This document shows, piece after piece, positions 35,350-47,639 of a stretch of 64,000 bases of DNA. This DNA comes from Leucoraja ocellata. Taxonomy: Eukaryota. Position 1 is the first letter of the stretch; the number at the start of each line of letters is the position of its first letter. Below the pieces are notes generated by a model, which was given only the letters and a program-made list of their open reading frames with translations, did not search any database and was not told where the DNA came from. The DNA is taken from the NCBI GenBank assembly GCA_036785375.1, contig JAWMAR010000034.1, positions 1,798,001-1,862,000 on the forward strand, in the 5' to 3' direction. The position numbers were made by a program, and so were the translations under genes.

Positions 35350-35712
35350 TAAAGGGCCCGTGGTGAGAGGGACCGGGGTGGGGGGGGGGGGGGTTTACCT
35401 TCCACACCCTTGATGTCGGCTGCGGGAGGGGATTTCCCCCGGGGACGAAGGGGTGAAGAGGGCCAGGCATGGAATGGGACATCAGATGGTGGGACGACCA
35501 AAATGGAGGTGACGGCTGCAACGGGCCTTTGTGGCTAGCTGCAGCCTGGACTGTAAAATGGTACCTCTTGCATATGGACTCAGTGGGCTGTTCTCTGCAT
35601 ACTGTACTGACTAGGGCGAATGTGCTTATGTACGTGGATAGCTTTGCTGAGCTGAATGTAAAATATATATTTCACTGTAGCTGGGTCAGGTGACAATGAT
35701 AAAACCATTCAA
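35350..35712 (+). mobile_element. Non-autonomous element with Rex-type tail
   Basis: Shares CCCCCGGGGAC.AAGG.TGAAGAGGGCCAG with 32871-32930 and its 3' half with 31260-31461. Confidence 0.6.
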
Positions 35713-35885
35713 CCATCATGTTTGGTGGACTCAGTAGGGCATCATTGTTATGTGGGTTTCAGCTCTACTATAGGGTGACAGAGTGACATAACTCTGGCTT
35801 CTAGGTTCAATTCCAACCTCGGGTGCTGTTGATGTGGTGTTTGCACCTTCTCTCGGGTATTGTGTGAACAACACAAAGACTGTGG

Positions 35886-36205
35886 GTTAGTTTGGTCTAG
35901 TTTAGTTTAGAAATACAGGGCGGAAACAGGCCCTTTGGCCCACTGAGTCCGCACCGACCAGCGATCCCTCCACATTAACACTACCCTACTCACACTAGGG
36001 AGCATTTTACAGTTACACCAAGCCACTGAACATACAAACCTATCATTCTTTGGATGTGGGAGGAAACGGAAGGTCTCGGAGGAAACCCAAGCAGGTCACG
36101 GGGAGGACGTACAAAGTCCGTACAGATGAGCACCCGTAGTCAGCAGCGAACCCAGGTCTCTGGCGCTGTAAGGCAGCAACTCTAGCGCTGCACCACCATG
36201 CCTCC
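35886..36205 (-). mobile_element. HE1-like V-SINE nested in an older plus-strand SINE (about 35800-36660, which also holds CR1 at 36262-36520)
   Basis: (TTAGT)n tail through head; the host SINE resumes at GTTAATTGGC near 36210. Confidence 0.88.
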
Positions 36206-36997
36206 CCAAGTTAATTGGCTGCTGTAAGTTGCCCATATTGTAGATGTACCCTTTCCTCCAGTCTCAGACTAGAGGGCATAGTTTTAAGTTGAGAGGGGAA
36301 AAGTTTAAAGGAGGTGTGTGGGGCAAATGTTTTACATGGAGAGAGGTGGGTGCCTGGAACATGCTGCCGGGGGTGGTGGTAGAGGCAGACACAATAGTGG
36401 CATTGAAGAGGGAGTTGGATAGACTCATGGATATGCAGGGAATGGAGAGATATGGTGGACAATTCATTTAACTTGGTATGTTCGACGTGGCCATTTGAAT
36501 CGAAGGGCGGCACTGTCCTACATTTTATATTTTGGAGGAGAATCTCGGGAGTTGATGGAAATGTGAGGACAAAAAAGTGCGATTAATGAAGAATTAAATG
36601 GGTGGTTGATGGTAGGCACGGACTCCATCGGCTGAAGGTTCTATATCCATGCGATATGAGTTTGTGCTAGCTCTTTCCCCCCAAATTTATTTTATAATGT
36701 AAAGCATTGTTGTGATGAGATTTGAACTTACGACCTGGGACCAATGATCCAAGTGTCTTGATGCCAGTACAGACACATAGTCTGCTTCGGCTGGAGATAG
36801 GCATAATGGAGTGACTCAGGCAACACCACTGGATGGAAGGAATGCGTGATGTTTTGGATCGAGACCCTTTTGCAGACATCTGGATATGAAATGTGATCTC
36901 ATGGCCCAGGGAGATAGTCCTCCCAAGATCCTATCAACTATTTAACTCCAGCCAATACCATAAAATAAAGATTACCTTATTATTTGGAAAAGAAAAA

Positions 36998-37145
36998 TAA
37001 CCATATAACCATATAACAATTACAGCACGGAAACAGGCCAACTCGGCCCTTCTAGTCCGTGCCGAACACTTATTCTCCCCTAGTCCCATCTACCTGCACT
37101 CAGACCATAACCCTCCATTCCTTTCCCGTCCATATAACTATCCAA
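36998..37145 (-). mobile_element. CR1-type 3' end with (ACCATATA)n tail
   Basis: AACCATATAACCATATAACAATTACAGCACGGAAACAGGCC. Confidence 0.8.
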
Positions 37146-37157
37146 TTAATTAAATGA

Positions 37158-37335
37158 ACTGCTGGAGAAACTCAGTGGGTCAGGCAGCATCTGTGGAGGA
37201 AATGGACAGGCAACAGACTGATCAGTCTGAAGAAGGGTCCCAACCCAAAATTTTCACCTGATCATTCCCTCCACAGATGCTGCCCGACCCGTTTAGTTCC
37301 TCCAGCAGTTTGATTTTTGCTCAAGATCCTAGCAT
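37158..37335. mobile_element. Fold-back PLE terminal repeat
   Basis: ACTGCTGGAG..GGGTCAGGCAGCATCTGTGGAGG pairs with CCTCCACAGATGCTGCCCGACCC..CTCCAGCAGT; CTGAAGAAGGG lies inside. Confidence 0.8.
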
Positions 37336-37639
37336 TCTATGATTTAATGACACCCTATGTACCTCACATGTACCTAGGTGCAGTGAAATTCTTTGTTTTT
37401 GCGTACAATACAGTAAAATCACTCCGCAGACATCACCCAGGCGGTACACAGAGTCTCCATGTTTCAGGAGCTGACAATGTTTCAAAAGCTCTGAGCACAG
37501 TCCTGTCTTCCCGCAGTGATGAACCAGGTCCCGACGGGTCCCTCTTCATCCTCAGCATCTGTGGTTTTGTGTGACCACATCATTATTTGATTGCTGTTAG
37601 TGGGAGCTTCCTTGTGACTACACGTTGAAAATACTCGCG

Positions 37640-37922
37640 TTCACAAATTATAGGAGTGGAATTAGGCCATTCGGCACATCGAGTCTCCTCCGCCATTCAA
37701 TCAGGGTTGATCACTAGCTCCTAATCCCATTTTCCTGCCTTCTCCCCATAACCCTAATAATCAAGAACTTGTCTAATCTGCGTTAAAAATATCCACTGAC
37801 TTGGCCTCCACAGCCCTCTGTGGCAATGAGTTCCACAGATTAACTACCCTCTGACTAAAGAAGTTCCTCCTCACCTCCTTTCTAAACGTGCGCCCTTTAA
37901 GTTTGAGGCTATGATCTCTTGT
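37640..37922 (-). mobile_element. CR1 3' end (followed by HE1-like SINE 3' half at 37925-38085, plus)
   Basis: GAATTAGGCCATTCGG...TTCCACAGATT. Confidence 0.85.
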
Positions 37923-38431
37923 CCGAGCATTCCGGTTTCCTCCCACACTCAAAAGACGTACAGGTTTGTAGATTTGGCTTTGGCAAAAAAATTAAATTGT
38001 CTGCAGGATAATGCTAATGTATAGGGATCGCTGGGTCGGATTAGTTGGGTCAAAGGGTCTGTTTCTATGCTGTATCTCTAAATAAAATGAATGTGCAGTT
38101 CCTTGTCTCTCCAAGTAAAATATCTGGGTGCATTCAGACACTCTTATTCAGCAGTAATTAATGATGATGGCAAATGCACACACAAAAATTAATGAAGAGA
38201 TTACTTCACTGGTCACGGTTATTCTTTCATTGGGATCTCTCTGCTGGTTAGGGCAGTGAACAGCTGGAGACTGAGTGAATTCTCTTTTCCTCCAATAATG
38301 CCATGTAATCTTTTGCATCCATCTGACTAGCCAGATGGGAGCTCAATCGAGCCATTATATTGGACAATGCAGGGTCTTTCCCGTGCTGTTTTGAAGGGAG
38401 CTCCTGGATGAATTGCTTTGGGTTTTGCTTT

Positions 38432-38697
38432 TGAGCAGCATAGGGGGGCAGCTGGTAAGAGCTGCTGCCTCACAGCGGGTTCAATCCTGACCTCGGCTGA
38501 CATCCGTGTGGAGTTTGCACGTTCTCCCTGTGACCGTGTGGGTTTCCTCCGGGTGCTCCAGTTTCATCCCAAAGCCATGCGGGTTGTTGGATTAAATGTA
38601 AATTTGTTGGGAATGGGCGAATATAAATGGGTGATCGATGGTCAGTGTGGACTCAGGTGAGCCGAAAGGCCTGCTTCCATGCTGTTCCTATAAACTA
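38432..38697 (+). mobile_element. HE1-like V-SINE with deletions
   Basis: B-box GGTTCAATCC and V-domain. Confidence 0.8.
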
Positions 38698-38981
38698 TAA
38701 GCTAATACACAACCTGCACAGGTAATTCCCAGCCTGCGAGCCAAGCTGGGATTTAAATAAAAGTAGGAGAAACTGAGGTCTTCCATCTGCTGGTCTCTGC
38801 CAGCATTTTCTATTTCTCTTTCGGGTTTTCTGCATCTGCAGTTCATTTTTTCAGGCATTGATTGACTCCCTGGAAATATATTTATGTTAAATCTTAAGTC
38901 ATAGTATGGAAACAGGCCCTTCGGCCCAACTCATCCATGCCAATCAACTTGCCCTATCTGAACCCATATCCCCATAGATCT

Positions 38982-39085
38982 GAAGATCGGTCTGAAGAAG
39001 GGTTTCGGCCCGAAACGTTGCCTATTTCCTTCGCTTCATAGATGCTGCTGCACCCGCTGAGTTTCTCCAGCTTTTTTGTGTAACC
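38982..39085 (+). mobile_element. Young PLE hammerhead monomer with 13 bp target duplication, inside a minus-strand CR1 end (about 38897-39347)
   Basis: TCCCCATAGATCT at 38969-38981 and 39086-39098. Confidence 0.9.
38989..39022 (+). ncRNA. Minimal type I hammerhead ribozyme motif, intact core (GUU site)
   Basis: GGT-CTGAAGA-A-GGGT TTCG GCCC-GAA-ACGT-T-GCC; stem I GGU/GCC; stem II capped by UUCG. Confidence 0.85.
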
Positions 39086-40162
39086 TCCCCATAGATCTTT
39101 CCTACCCATGTACTTGTCCAAATGTCTTCTAAATGCTGTTACAGTGCCTGCCTCAACTACCATCCAGTTTTTCCCTTCCCCCACGACAATCAGTCGTAAA
39201 AAGCATCCCAAACCTAAACGTCAGCTGCCCACTTTCTCCAGAGATGCCTCCTGACCCGCTGAGTAACTCCAGTATTTTGGGTCCATCCACCACCCCTTGC
39301 AGCTATTTCTATAATCCCACCACCCTCTGAGTGAAAAAGTTGCCTCAGGAAAATCTCTCACCATCCCTTTCAAAAACCCAGGCCTCGGAATCATTTTGGA
39401 AGAGCAGGAACTTGAAAAGTGTAACTCTGCTACTGACAAGTCAGACCTCGGAGAGACTTTGGTCCTGGATTCTACCTCTCTAATCTCAGTTGCCGATCCA
39501 TTAAACAATATTTTTATTCATCATTTCCATGCAACAAGTATACCTAAGTGCCCAAAATCTAATAAATTATAAATACAGATTAAAACTTCCTTGACTAAAC
39601 CCACTCGAGCGTTCATACAAAGCCACATAAACGTTCACACGATATACCTTGCGGTTGCATTATTTATTAGGAACTGAAACATTTATGTACAGACAAGAGA
39701 AACAGTGGTTTCAGGAGAATATACCATTTTAATGCTATTTAGGTGTATTTGTCCCTGGGAGTTTTTTGGATCCCAAACAATCTGCAATGCCTGGAGCCAC
39801 AAGTTCACAGAACCACACTCCTAAGGCCAAGTGTTGTAAATGCACTGACTTTCTTCACAATTGCACTCAGTATCGAGCCTCTATATCGACAAAGACAAAC
39901 AAAGACCTTGCAGGAATATGGCTATTTAACTTTCCTTTTTGCTCCCCACATACAGAGATAGGGAAGAAATGGCCCATTGCAGTCCAGCCCACAAATAAAT
40001 AATGACCCCATCGATTCATATGTGACTGAGATAGCATTGTGGTTAAGTCACCGGACTAGCAGGCAAAATTGTAGATCATTGATCCACAGACAACAGGTCA
40101 AATCTCCCCGCAATAGCTGGGGAGTTTAAATGTGAGCAATTAAATCAATTTGTACCTTTGAA

Positions 40163-41790
40163 GCAACACGGTGGTGCAGCTGATAGAGCTGCTGCCTCAC
40201 AGCGCCAGAGACCCAGGTTTGATCCTGACCTCGGGTGTTGTCTATGTGGAGTTTACCACAGGGGTTGGTGTTGGGCCAGTTACTTTTCACATTGTATATT
40301 AATGATTTGGGTGATGAAATGTATGGATTTGTGGTCATTATTGTGGATGATGCGAGGATAGGCTGGTAATGTTGAGGAAGCAGGGAGTCTGCGGATGGCC
40401 GGACAGGTTGGCAGAATGCGCAAAGAATTGGCAAATGGAATAGAGCGCTGCAAAATGTACGGTCATGCACTTTGGGAGAAGGAATAAAGGCGTAGACTGT
40501 TTTTTAAATGAGGAGAGGATTCTCTGTCTGTGGAATTCTCTGCCTGAGAGGGTGGTGGAGGCAGGGTCTCTAGATGCTTTCAAGAGAGCTAGATAGGGCT
40601 CTTAAAAATAGCAGAGTCAGGGGATATGGGGCGAAGGCAAGAACGAGGTGCAGGAGTAGGTCATTCGGCCCTTCAATCTGTTGTTCTTGGACTTGAAAAG
40701 AGGAGAAAGGTAACAGGGTAATAGAAGATTTAAAACAGAGGTAGCATGTTACAAAGGTTCTCTATTCATTGTGTGATGTCTCAACCACGTACATTACAAT
40801 GATATGGGGAGAAGGCAGCAACGGGGTACTGATTGGGGATGTTCAGCCATGATCACATTGAATGGTTCGCTGGCTCGAAGGGCCGAATGGCCTGCTCCTG
40901 CACTTATTGTCTATTGTCTATTGGTTCAGAAACAGGAGGTGCCAAGGGAATTGGGAGTACTGGTGCAGGGTTTCCTAAAGGTTGATTTGCAGGTTAAATC
41001 GGCAGTGAAGATGGCAAATGCAATGATAGCATTAATTTCAAGAGGACTAGAATATAAAAGCAAGAATGTAATACTGAGGCTTTACAAGGCACTGCTCAGG
41101 CCAAATTTGGAACATTGCAAGCAGTTTAGACCCGGTACCTGAGGAAGGGTGTGTTGGCATTGAAGAGGGTCCAGGGGAGATTTACGAGAATGATCCTGAG
41201 GATGATTGGGTTAATGTATGAGGAGCCTTTGATGGCGATGGGCCTGTTCTCACTGAAGTTTAGAAGGATGGGGGTCTCATTGAAACCTACTGAATAATGA
41301 AAGGTCTAGAATGGATGTGGAGAGGATGTTTCCAGTAGTGAGAGAAAGCCTCCGATCTGAGGGCAGAGGCTCAAAATTAAAGGATGTACCTTTAGAATGG
41401 AGATGAGGAGGAATTTCTTTAGCCAGAGGCTGGGGAATCTGTGGAATTCATTGCCACAGACAGCAGTGGAGGCCAAGTCATTGGGTGTTTGTAAAGCAGA
41501 GATTGACATATTCTGGGTTAGTAAGGGTGTCGAGGGTTACAGGGAAAAAGCAGAAGAATGGGGATGAAAGGGAGAAATAGATCAGCCGTGATCAATTGGC
41601 AGAGCAGATCGATGGGCCAAATGGCCTCATTCTGCTCTTACATCTGATGATCCTTGCACATTCTCCCTGTGACCATGTGGGTTTCCTCCGGGTGCTCGGG
41701 TTCCCTCTCACGTCACAAAGATAGGCGGGTTTGTAGATTAATTGGCCTCTGTAAAATTTCCCCAATGGATGGAAAGTGGGATAAGTTGTG
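40163..41790 (+). mobile_element. HE1-like SINE (40163-40255, 41655-41790) split by composite CR1 fragments (40256-41648)
   Basis: CR1 peptides PQGLVLGQLLFTLYINDL and ANAMIALISRGLEYKSKNVILRLYKALLRPNLEHC; the SINE V-domain resumes at TTGCACATTCTCCC. Confidence 0.85.
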
Positions 41791-42010
41791 ACACAGCGGT
41801 AGAGTTGCTGCCTTACAGCAAAATGCAGCACTGGAGACCCGGGTTCGATCCCGACCAGGGGCGCTGTCTGTACGGAGTTTGTACGTTCTCCCCGTGACCT
41901 GCGTGGGTTTTCTCCGAGTTCTTCGGTTTCCTACCACATTCCAAAGACGTTCAGGTTTGTAGGTCAATTGGTTTGATTAATTGGCTTGATAAATGTAAAC
42001 ATTGTCCAGT
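41791..42010 (+). mobile_element. HE1-like V-SINE
   Basis: CAGCGGTAGAGTTGCTGCC head and GGTTCGATCCC B-box. Confidence 0.88.
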
Positions 42011-43444
42011 ATAAAATGGCCCAACTTCCAGTATAGTCCCTGGTGGACACTTCGGAAGGTACAAGCTAACAGAGTTCCAATCACCAACTGGTTCACCCAC
42101 CATCTTGGATTCGCAAGCTTATGAACGATGCATCTCAGGCTCTGATTTCATAAGACCGTTAACAAGTGCACTATGAGCTTTTATTTAATGACGTAGTAGC
42201 ACATTTGATCTACTGAGGGATGAAGCCAGGCTGGTGCCTACAGCCCTCAGCACTACTTGGTTGCCACCAAGAGGGCATTACATCTTACCAGGAGACTCAA
42301 TGATATTGTGCAGAGCCTCCAACAGTCCTAAATCACGATAGAGATCGTGCAGCAAAAGCAATGTGTTAGCAGCAAACTGCTATGGACATCCTAAAACTGG
42401 AAGCATTTTCCATACAAGTACATTAGCGCAGAATAGGTACACAGGAAACTGGATATAATTACAGATCCCATCAGCTCTTACAAATGAAACAAACTCTAAC
42501 TGCACAGAACCTGCATACAAAGGTCATAAACAGACCGCAAAAATAATCACATTGCCTATTTAACTTTTGTAGGGGCATTATAATGAATGGTTAGTAGTCG
42601 AGGAAATAATACATTTATTTTGGGACACCAATTATTTCCAACTAACCAATTAACAGCTTTTATGTCTGTCTGCCTTGTTAAAAAGAACAGGCCATTCTCA
42701 CAGTTCAAGGCAATCTGTGTATAATGAATGGGTTCCCATTCATTTCCCACCGCCCCAAATCTACTCAGGTCTAATGATACTTGTGGATGATTAAGTGATA
42801 CCTTATAATGAAAAGTTGGTAGCACTATGAAAATTAGACCAATTGACATAAATTTGTTTCTCCAGACTCTAATTTGATGGAAGGAGAAGCCTCAGAGGTC
42901 CATGTTCTCCCGCAATGAAGATTAGTCTCGTTCCGTCTTCAGTGGCTAGTTATTGTTCGTTTCTTCAGCACCAGCTGAGTCCGTCCACAATCTAACCTTA
43001 TTTGCAATAACGCAGGGTACTAGGCAGCTGTGGCCATAAATCAGTTCAGCTCCAGGCACTCACACGGGCTGGAGATCACTCAACGTTTCATTAAAAGAAA
43101 CCAACTACTGTCTTCTGAGCCTGAGGATGAAAGTAAGCATTCTTCCTGACCAGCATCTACAAATATTGACTGCATCTGAAATCCGGAGGTGCAAACCTTT
43201 GTTGATGTCTTCTTGGAATGACAAAAGGATAAAGGATGACAACAGATTCTTTGCTCAACTCTACATCACCAGGTTAAAGGAAATGGACCAATGGATCTAG
43301 TCTACCCAGGTTGCCTGCTTTATCAATCCTCTCATATTCAAACATGACCACAATAAAGCATATTCACTGCAATTGCTGGAAGTGTTTAGCAGGCCAGGCT
43401 ACATGTGAGAAGAAAGAAACAGTTAACAATTCAAAAGGTTTTCA

Positions 43445-43861
43445 TCATAGAGGCATACAGCAGAGAAAGATGACCTTCAGCCCACCTCTATGCCAACCAA
43501 GGTGCCCCACTAGGCTAGTCTTATTTGCCCACATTTAATCCATATCAATTGGAACCTCTCCTGTCCGTGTGCCCGTCCATGTATCTTTGAAACGCTGTTA
43601 TAATACCTGCCCCAACTACTTCTTGTTTGACTGATTGATTCTGGCAACTCATTACAAATACCCAGCACTCGCCAAGTAAAAAGGTTGGCCTTCACGTTCT
43701 GATTAAATCTTGCCCCCTCACCTTAAGCCTATGCCCGCCGGTTCTTGATTCCCCCAACCCGAGTGAAATACTTTGTGCATTCACCCTATCTATTCCCCTC
43801 ATGATTTTATACAGCTCTATAAGATCACCCCTTAGCTTCCTGCGCTCCAAGGAATAAAGTC
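43445..43861 (-). mobile_element. CR1 3' fragment
   Basis: LYSLERRKLRGDLIELYKIMRGIDRVN...TGGHRLKVRG. Confidence 0.88.
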
Positions 43862-43864
43862 TTA

Positions 43865-44660
43865 AGGGCCTGTCCCACTGTGGCGACCTAATTTGCGAGT
43901 TTAGACGAGTTTGCGCTCGACTCAAACTTGCAGCCTGGTCGACATGTGGTCCTAGGAGGTCACTGTAAAGGGCCTGTCCCACTGATGCGACCTTTCAGCG
44001 ACTGCCTTCAACCTTCACCTTGTGGGCACTCGCCTGAAAAACCTCGAGCTGGATCGACCGTCAGCGTTGAAACCGCGAGCTGGATCGACCGACTGTGCNN
44101 NNNNNNNNNNNNNNNNNNNNNNNNNNNNNNNNNNNNNNNNNNNNNNNNNNNNNNNNNNNNNNNNNNNNNNNNNNNNNNNNNNNNNNNNNNNNNNNNNNNN
44201 NNNNNNNNNNNNNNNNNNNNNNNNNNNNNNNNNNNNNNNNNNNNNNNNNNNNNNNNNNNNNNNNNNNNNNNNNNNNNNNNNNNNNNNNNNNNNNNNNNNN
44301 NNNNNNNNNNNNNNNNNNNNNNNNNNNNNNNNNNNNNNNNNNNNNNNNNNNNNNNNNNNNNNNNNNNNNNNNNNNNNNNNNNNNNNNNNNNNNNNNNNNN
44401 NNNNNNNNNNNNNNNGGAAAGCGGGGGAGTGCTGTCTGAAATTCACACCCGCGGTGAAGAGGAAGGTAAAAGACGGCTGCACAGTGTACGGTAAGTCCTT
44501 TAGAGAGCGGGGGGAGAAGGCAAGAGAGGAGGAGAGGAGGAGAGAGAAGGGAAGGGGGGAGAGAAGAGGGGGGGGGGATGGGGGGAGAAGGGGTGGAGGG
44601 GGAGAAGGAGTGGAGCCAATTTTAAGAAGCCAGCCAACTTATAATAAAGTTTAGCGAGCA
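43865..44660. mobile_element. Nested PIF/Harbinger-like elements (two left termini), spanning an assembly gap
   Basis: TTA|AGGGCCTGTCCCACTG at 43865 and TAA|AGGGCCTGTCCCACTG at 43969; right termini not seen, so the end coordinate is uncertain. Confidence 0.65.
44099..44415. other. Assembly gap (317 N)
   Basis: N run. Confidence 1.
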
Positions 44661-44819
44661 AATCAAACAAAAAGAACAAGGTGTTGCCTAATGCTTTCCA
44701 AAAATAACCAAACTGGCATTATAAAAGTCAAAGATTGGTGCAGTTTGATAGACATGGAACCTTTGCTTAGTTACACTTCTTTCAATTATCCCACTGTGGG
44801 ATGAACAGTGTATATTTGC

Positions 44820-44986
44820 AGATAGACACAAAAAGCTGGAGTACCTCAGCGGGGCAGGCAGCATCTCTGGAGAGAAGGAATGGGTGATGTTTTGGCTTGA
44901 AACCCTTCTACCCGTCCCGCTGAGTTACTTCAGTTTTTTGTGTCTATCTTCGGTTTTAACCAGCATCTGCGGTTCCTTCCTACACA
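44820..44986. mobile_element. Fold-back PLE terminal repeat
   Basis: AGATAGACACAAAAAGCTGGAGTA.CTCAGCGGG pairs with CCCGCTGAGTTACTTCAGTTTTTTGTGTCTATCT; extension to TTCCTACACA. Confidence 0.85.
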
Positions 44987-45413
44987 TATATTTGTAGATA
45001 ATATTAACCGGATAGAGAACAATATTTATTTGATCCTGAGCCCTGAAAGACCACAGTTGGTTTAAAGAATCAATGTGTTCAATCAAAAATCCTGCCACCA
45101 CCTCACAGACCGGACAGCTTGAGTGGAGAAAAAAAGTTAACATTTAAGGTGCTGACCTTTCACCTGTTCTGATGAAAAATTATCGACCTGTTCCCTGCTT
45201 GACAGGTGTGCTCTGACATACTGAGTGTTTCCAGCAATTTTTTATTTTTATTTCAGATTTCCAGCATCAACCAGATTTCACTTTTGAATCATTTGCTGTC
45301 AGATTCCGTTTGACGATTTTCACAAGCACTCACCTTGGTACAGTGAAGCTCCACTATATTCTGCTAGCCACACCGTATAAATGTACTGTGATACACGTTA
45401 TAGTTATCGAGTC

Positions 45414-45731
45414 TAGTTTGGTTTAGTTTAGAGATGTAGCGGGCAAATAAGCCCTTCGGCCCACCGGGTCCGCGCCGACCAGCATTTCCCGCTAAGTTAT
45501 ACTGATGTGCACACTTTAGGGACAATTTTTACATTCACCAAGCTAACTGACTTACAAACCTGGACGTCTTTGGAGTGTGGGAGGAAACTGAAGATCTCGG
45601 AGAAAACCCAGTCACGGGGAGAACGTACAAACGACGTATAAACATCACCCGTAGTCGGGATCGAACCCGGGTCTTTAGCGCTGCACGAGCTGTACAGCAG
45701 CAACTCTAACGCTGCGCCACCATGCCGCCCT
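45414..45731 (-). mobile_element. HE1-like V-SINE, full length
   Basis: (TTAGT)n tail, GGATCGAACCC and GCTGCGCCACCATGCCGCCC head. Confidence 0.92.
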
Positions 45732-46230
45732 TCGGAGAGTCGAACAACTCTTTTTTTAAGGATATAAACAGCTACTCGTTACTCCAGCTGAAAGTGGAGA
45801 TGATTGGGTCATTCGCCTGCTAATCATTAATTGGTCAGCATGGACAATGTGGGCCGAGTGGCCTGTTTCCATGTTGTATGACTATCTATGACTATAATGT
45901 ACCTCAGGTACTGGAATCTACAGCTAAATGCAAACTGTTCGAGGAACTCAGCTGGCCAGGCAGCATCTAGTTGGGGTAAGGATGCTGTTTGATCTGCTGA
46001 GTTCTTCCAGCATTCACACAGAGGGTGGTCGGCACATAGAACCAGCAGTCTCCGGAAAGTAGTAGAGGCAGGTACTATAACAACATTTAAAAGATATTTG
46101 CACAGGTACATGAATTGGAAAGATTTAGAAGGATATAGGCCAAACACAGGCATGCAAGACTGGTGTAGCTGGAAAAGTGGTGGGGGTGTGACACCTGGTT
46201 AGTCATAGTGGGAGAAACAAGGTACTGTGG

Positions 46231-46339
46231 AGGTAGACAAACATGCTGAAGAAACTCAGCGGGTGAGGCAGCATCTATGGAGCGAAGGAAATAAGCAATG
46301 ATTCGGGACGAAACCCTTCTTCAGGCGGATGCTTCAGAC
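46231..46339 (-). mobile_element. PLE hammerhead monomer nested in another PLE repeat
   Basis: AGGTAGACAAAC...ACCCTTCTTCAG flanked by GGTACTG(T/C)GG repeats. Confidence 0.75.
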
Positions 46340-46989
46340 GGTACTGCGGATGCTGGTTTACAAAAAGAGAAGATAGTCAGTTACGGGGGAGGAAGAGATC
46401 AGCAGATTGGGCGGACAAAGTGAGTTCTTCCAGCAGTCTGTTTTTGCTACTAATTTTTCAAAACAAAGCATTGGAAGTATTTCTGTATTACAACCTGCAA
46501 CCAAAATTGGCAAAGAAACACAATGTTTTCAATGATAGAGAAAGAGTTTTGTGTGAATCCTGCATTGGACACGTATGTTTAACACAGCATTTGAGTCCAA
46601 ATCCTCATGCACAGAATCCCGGCTTGAAAGCTTGATGTTCATCTTCAATTTTTGAAAATCTAAATAAATATGTCGGAAAAAAAAGAAAGCATTGCTTTGG
46701 AAATAATTTTTAATGCATCCTTAAACATGGAACCAGCTGTTTAATTTGCATCTATAGGAGCTGGTGCTTCAAATAGACAAGGTATCATAGGATATGCGGG
46801 CTCCAATAATGTGACACTTTCACAGATACTTTGCACCAACAGTTTAAGATGCAACATGCATTGTCCTGAAAATACAACATTGCCTCCACATGCAAATATA
46901 AGCTCGCAATGCAGTCTTGAATGCATTATAGTTTTCATGAAAAATCATGAAAATTTAATAAAATCATGAATGCCCATGGACTGAAAACA

Positions 46990-47082
46990 TGAAGAAGGGT
47001 CGCGACCCAAAACGTCACACATTGCTTCTACCCAGAGTTGCTGCCTGTCCCTCTGAGTTACTCCAGCATTTTGTGTCTATCT
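46990..47082 (+). mobile_element. PLE hammerhead monomer (GAAA decayed to AAAA)
   Basis: TGAAGAAGGGTCGCGACCCAAAACGTCAC...GTGTCTATCTT. Confidence 0.8.
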
Positions 47083-47639
47083 TACAGGCAACATGAGGCA
47101 TTTTCAAAATGTAAATGCAGAGAGATTGGAGAATATTTAGCAGGTCAACAGATTCAGACAGCAGAGAGGTGTTTATTGACATGGGCCAGTACCCCATTTA
47201 AGTTTCCTTAAAAATGAAGCTTCACCAATTGCCTCCCTTGTAAGGAGTTTAAGCAATGAGTTGAATGAATGGTTTAGCTGTAGCAGGCATGTGTTAGATC
47301 AGAAGATTATACATGTTTTTGTTCCTCTCTGCCCCACAATGGCTTTGCTGGTATAAATTCTCTTCATCCCGCAGCCTTTATCCACTCACCGTGTGCCTGG
47401 CTCACGTATGGATAGGAGCTGATCAAGTCACGTGTGCGCACACGCACACAGTCCAGTAAGCACTCAGGATAATAGTCCAATCTGAAAATTGTAGGTTGGC
47501 ACACAATCGCAGATTATACCCACAGGATGCGTGGTGATGTCAGTGGCAGTTGTTGGACATTTGGACATGACTTCCAGCTTGTGATCGACCATGGAGAGGG
47601 ATATTCAGCCCATCATTCCCATGCAAGCTCTTTGAAAGA

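Noticed and set aside
39347-39520. Possible exon (GKSLTIPFKNPGLGIILEEQELEK...)
   Set aside because: The acceptor AG lies in a CR1 fragment without a polypyrimidine tract, and there is no recognisable homology; would need RNA-seq or BLASTX
42261-42280. CTCF-like site TTGCCACCAAGAGGGCATTA
   Set aside because: An extra base breaks the spacing of the CTCF core
47425-47462. E-box GTCACGTG plus NRF1-like TGCGCACACGCA and GTAAG as a promoter or first exon
   Set aside because: Short motifs overlapping a CA-type repeat with no CpG island; insufficient support
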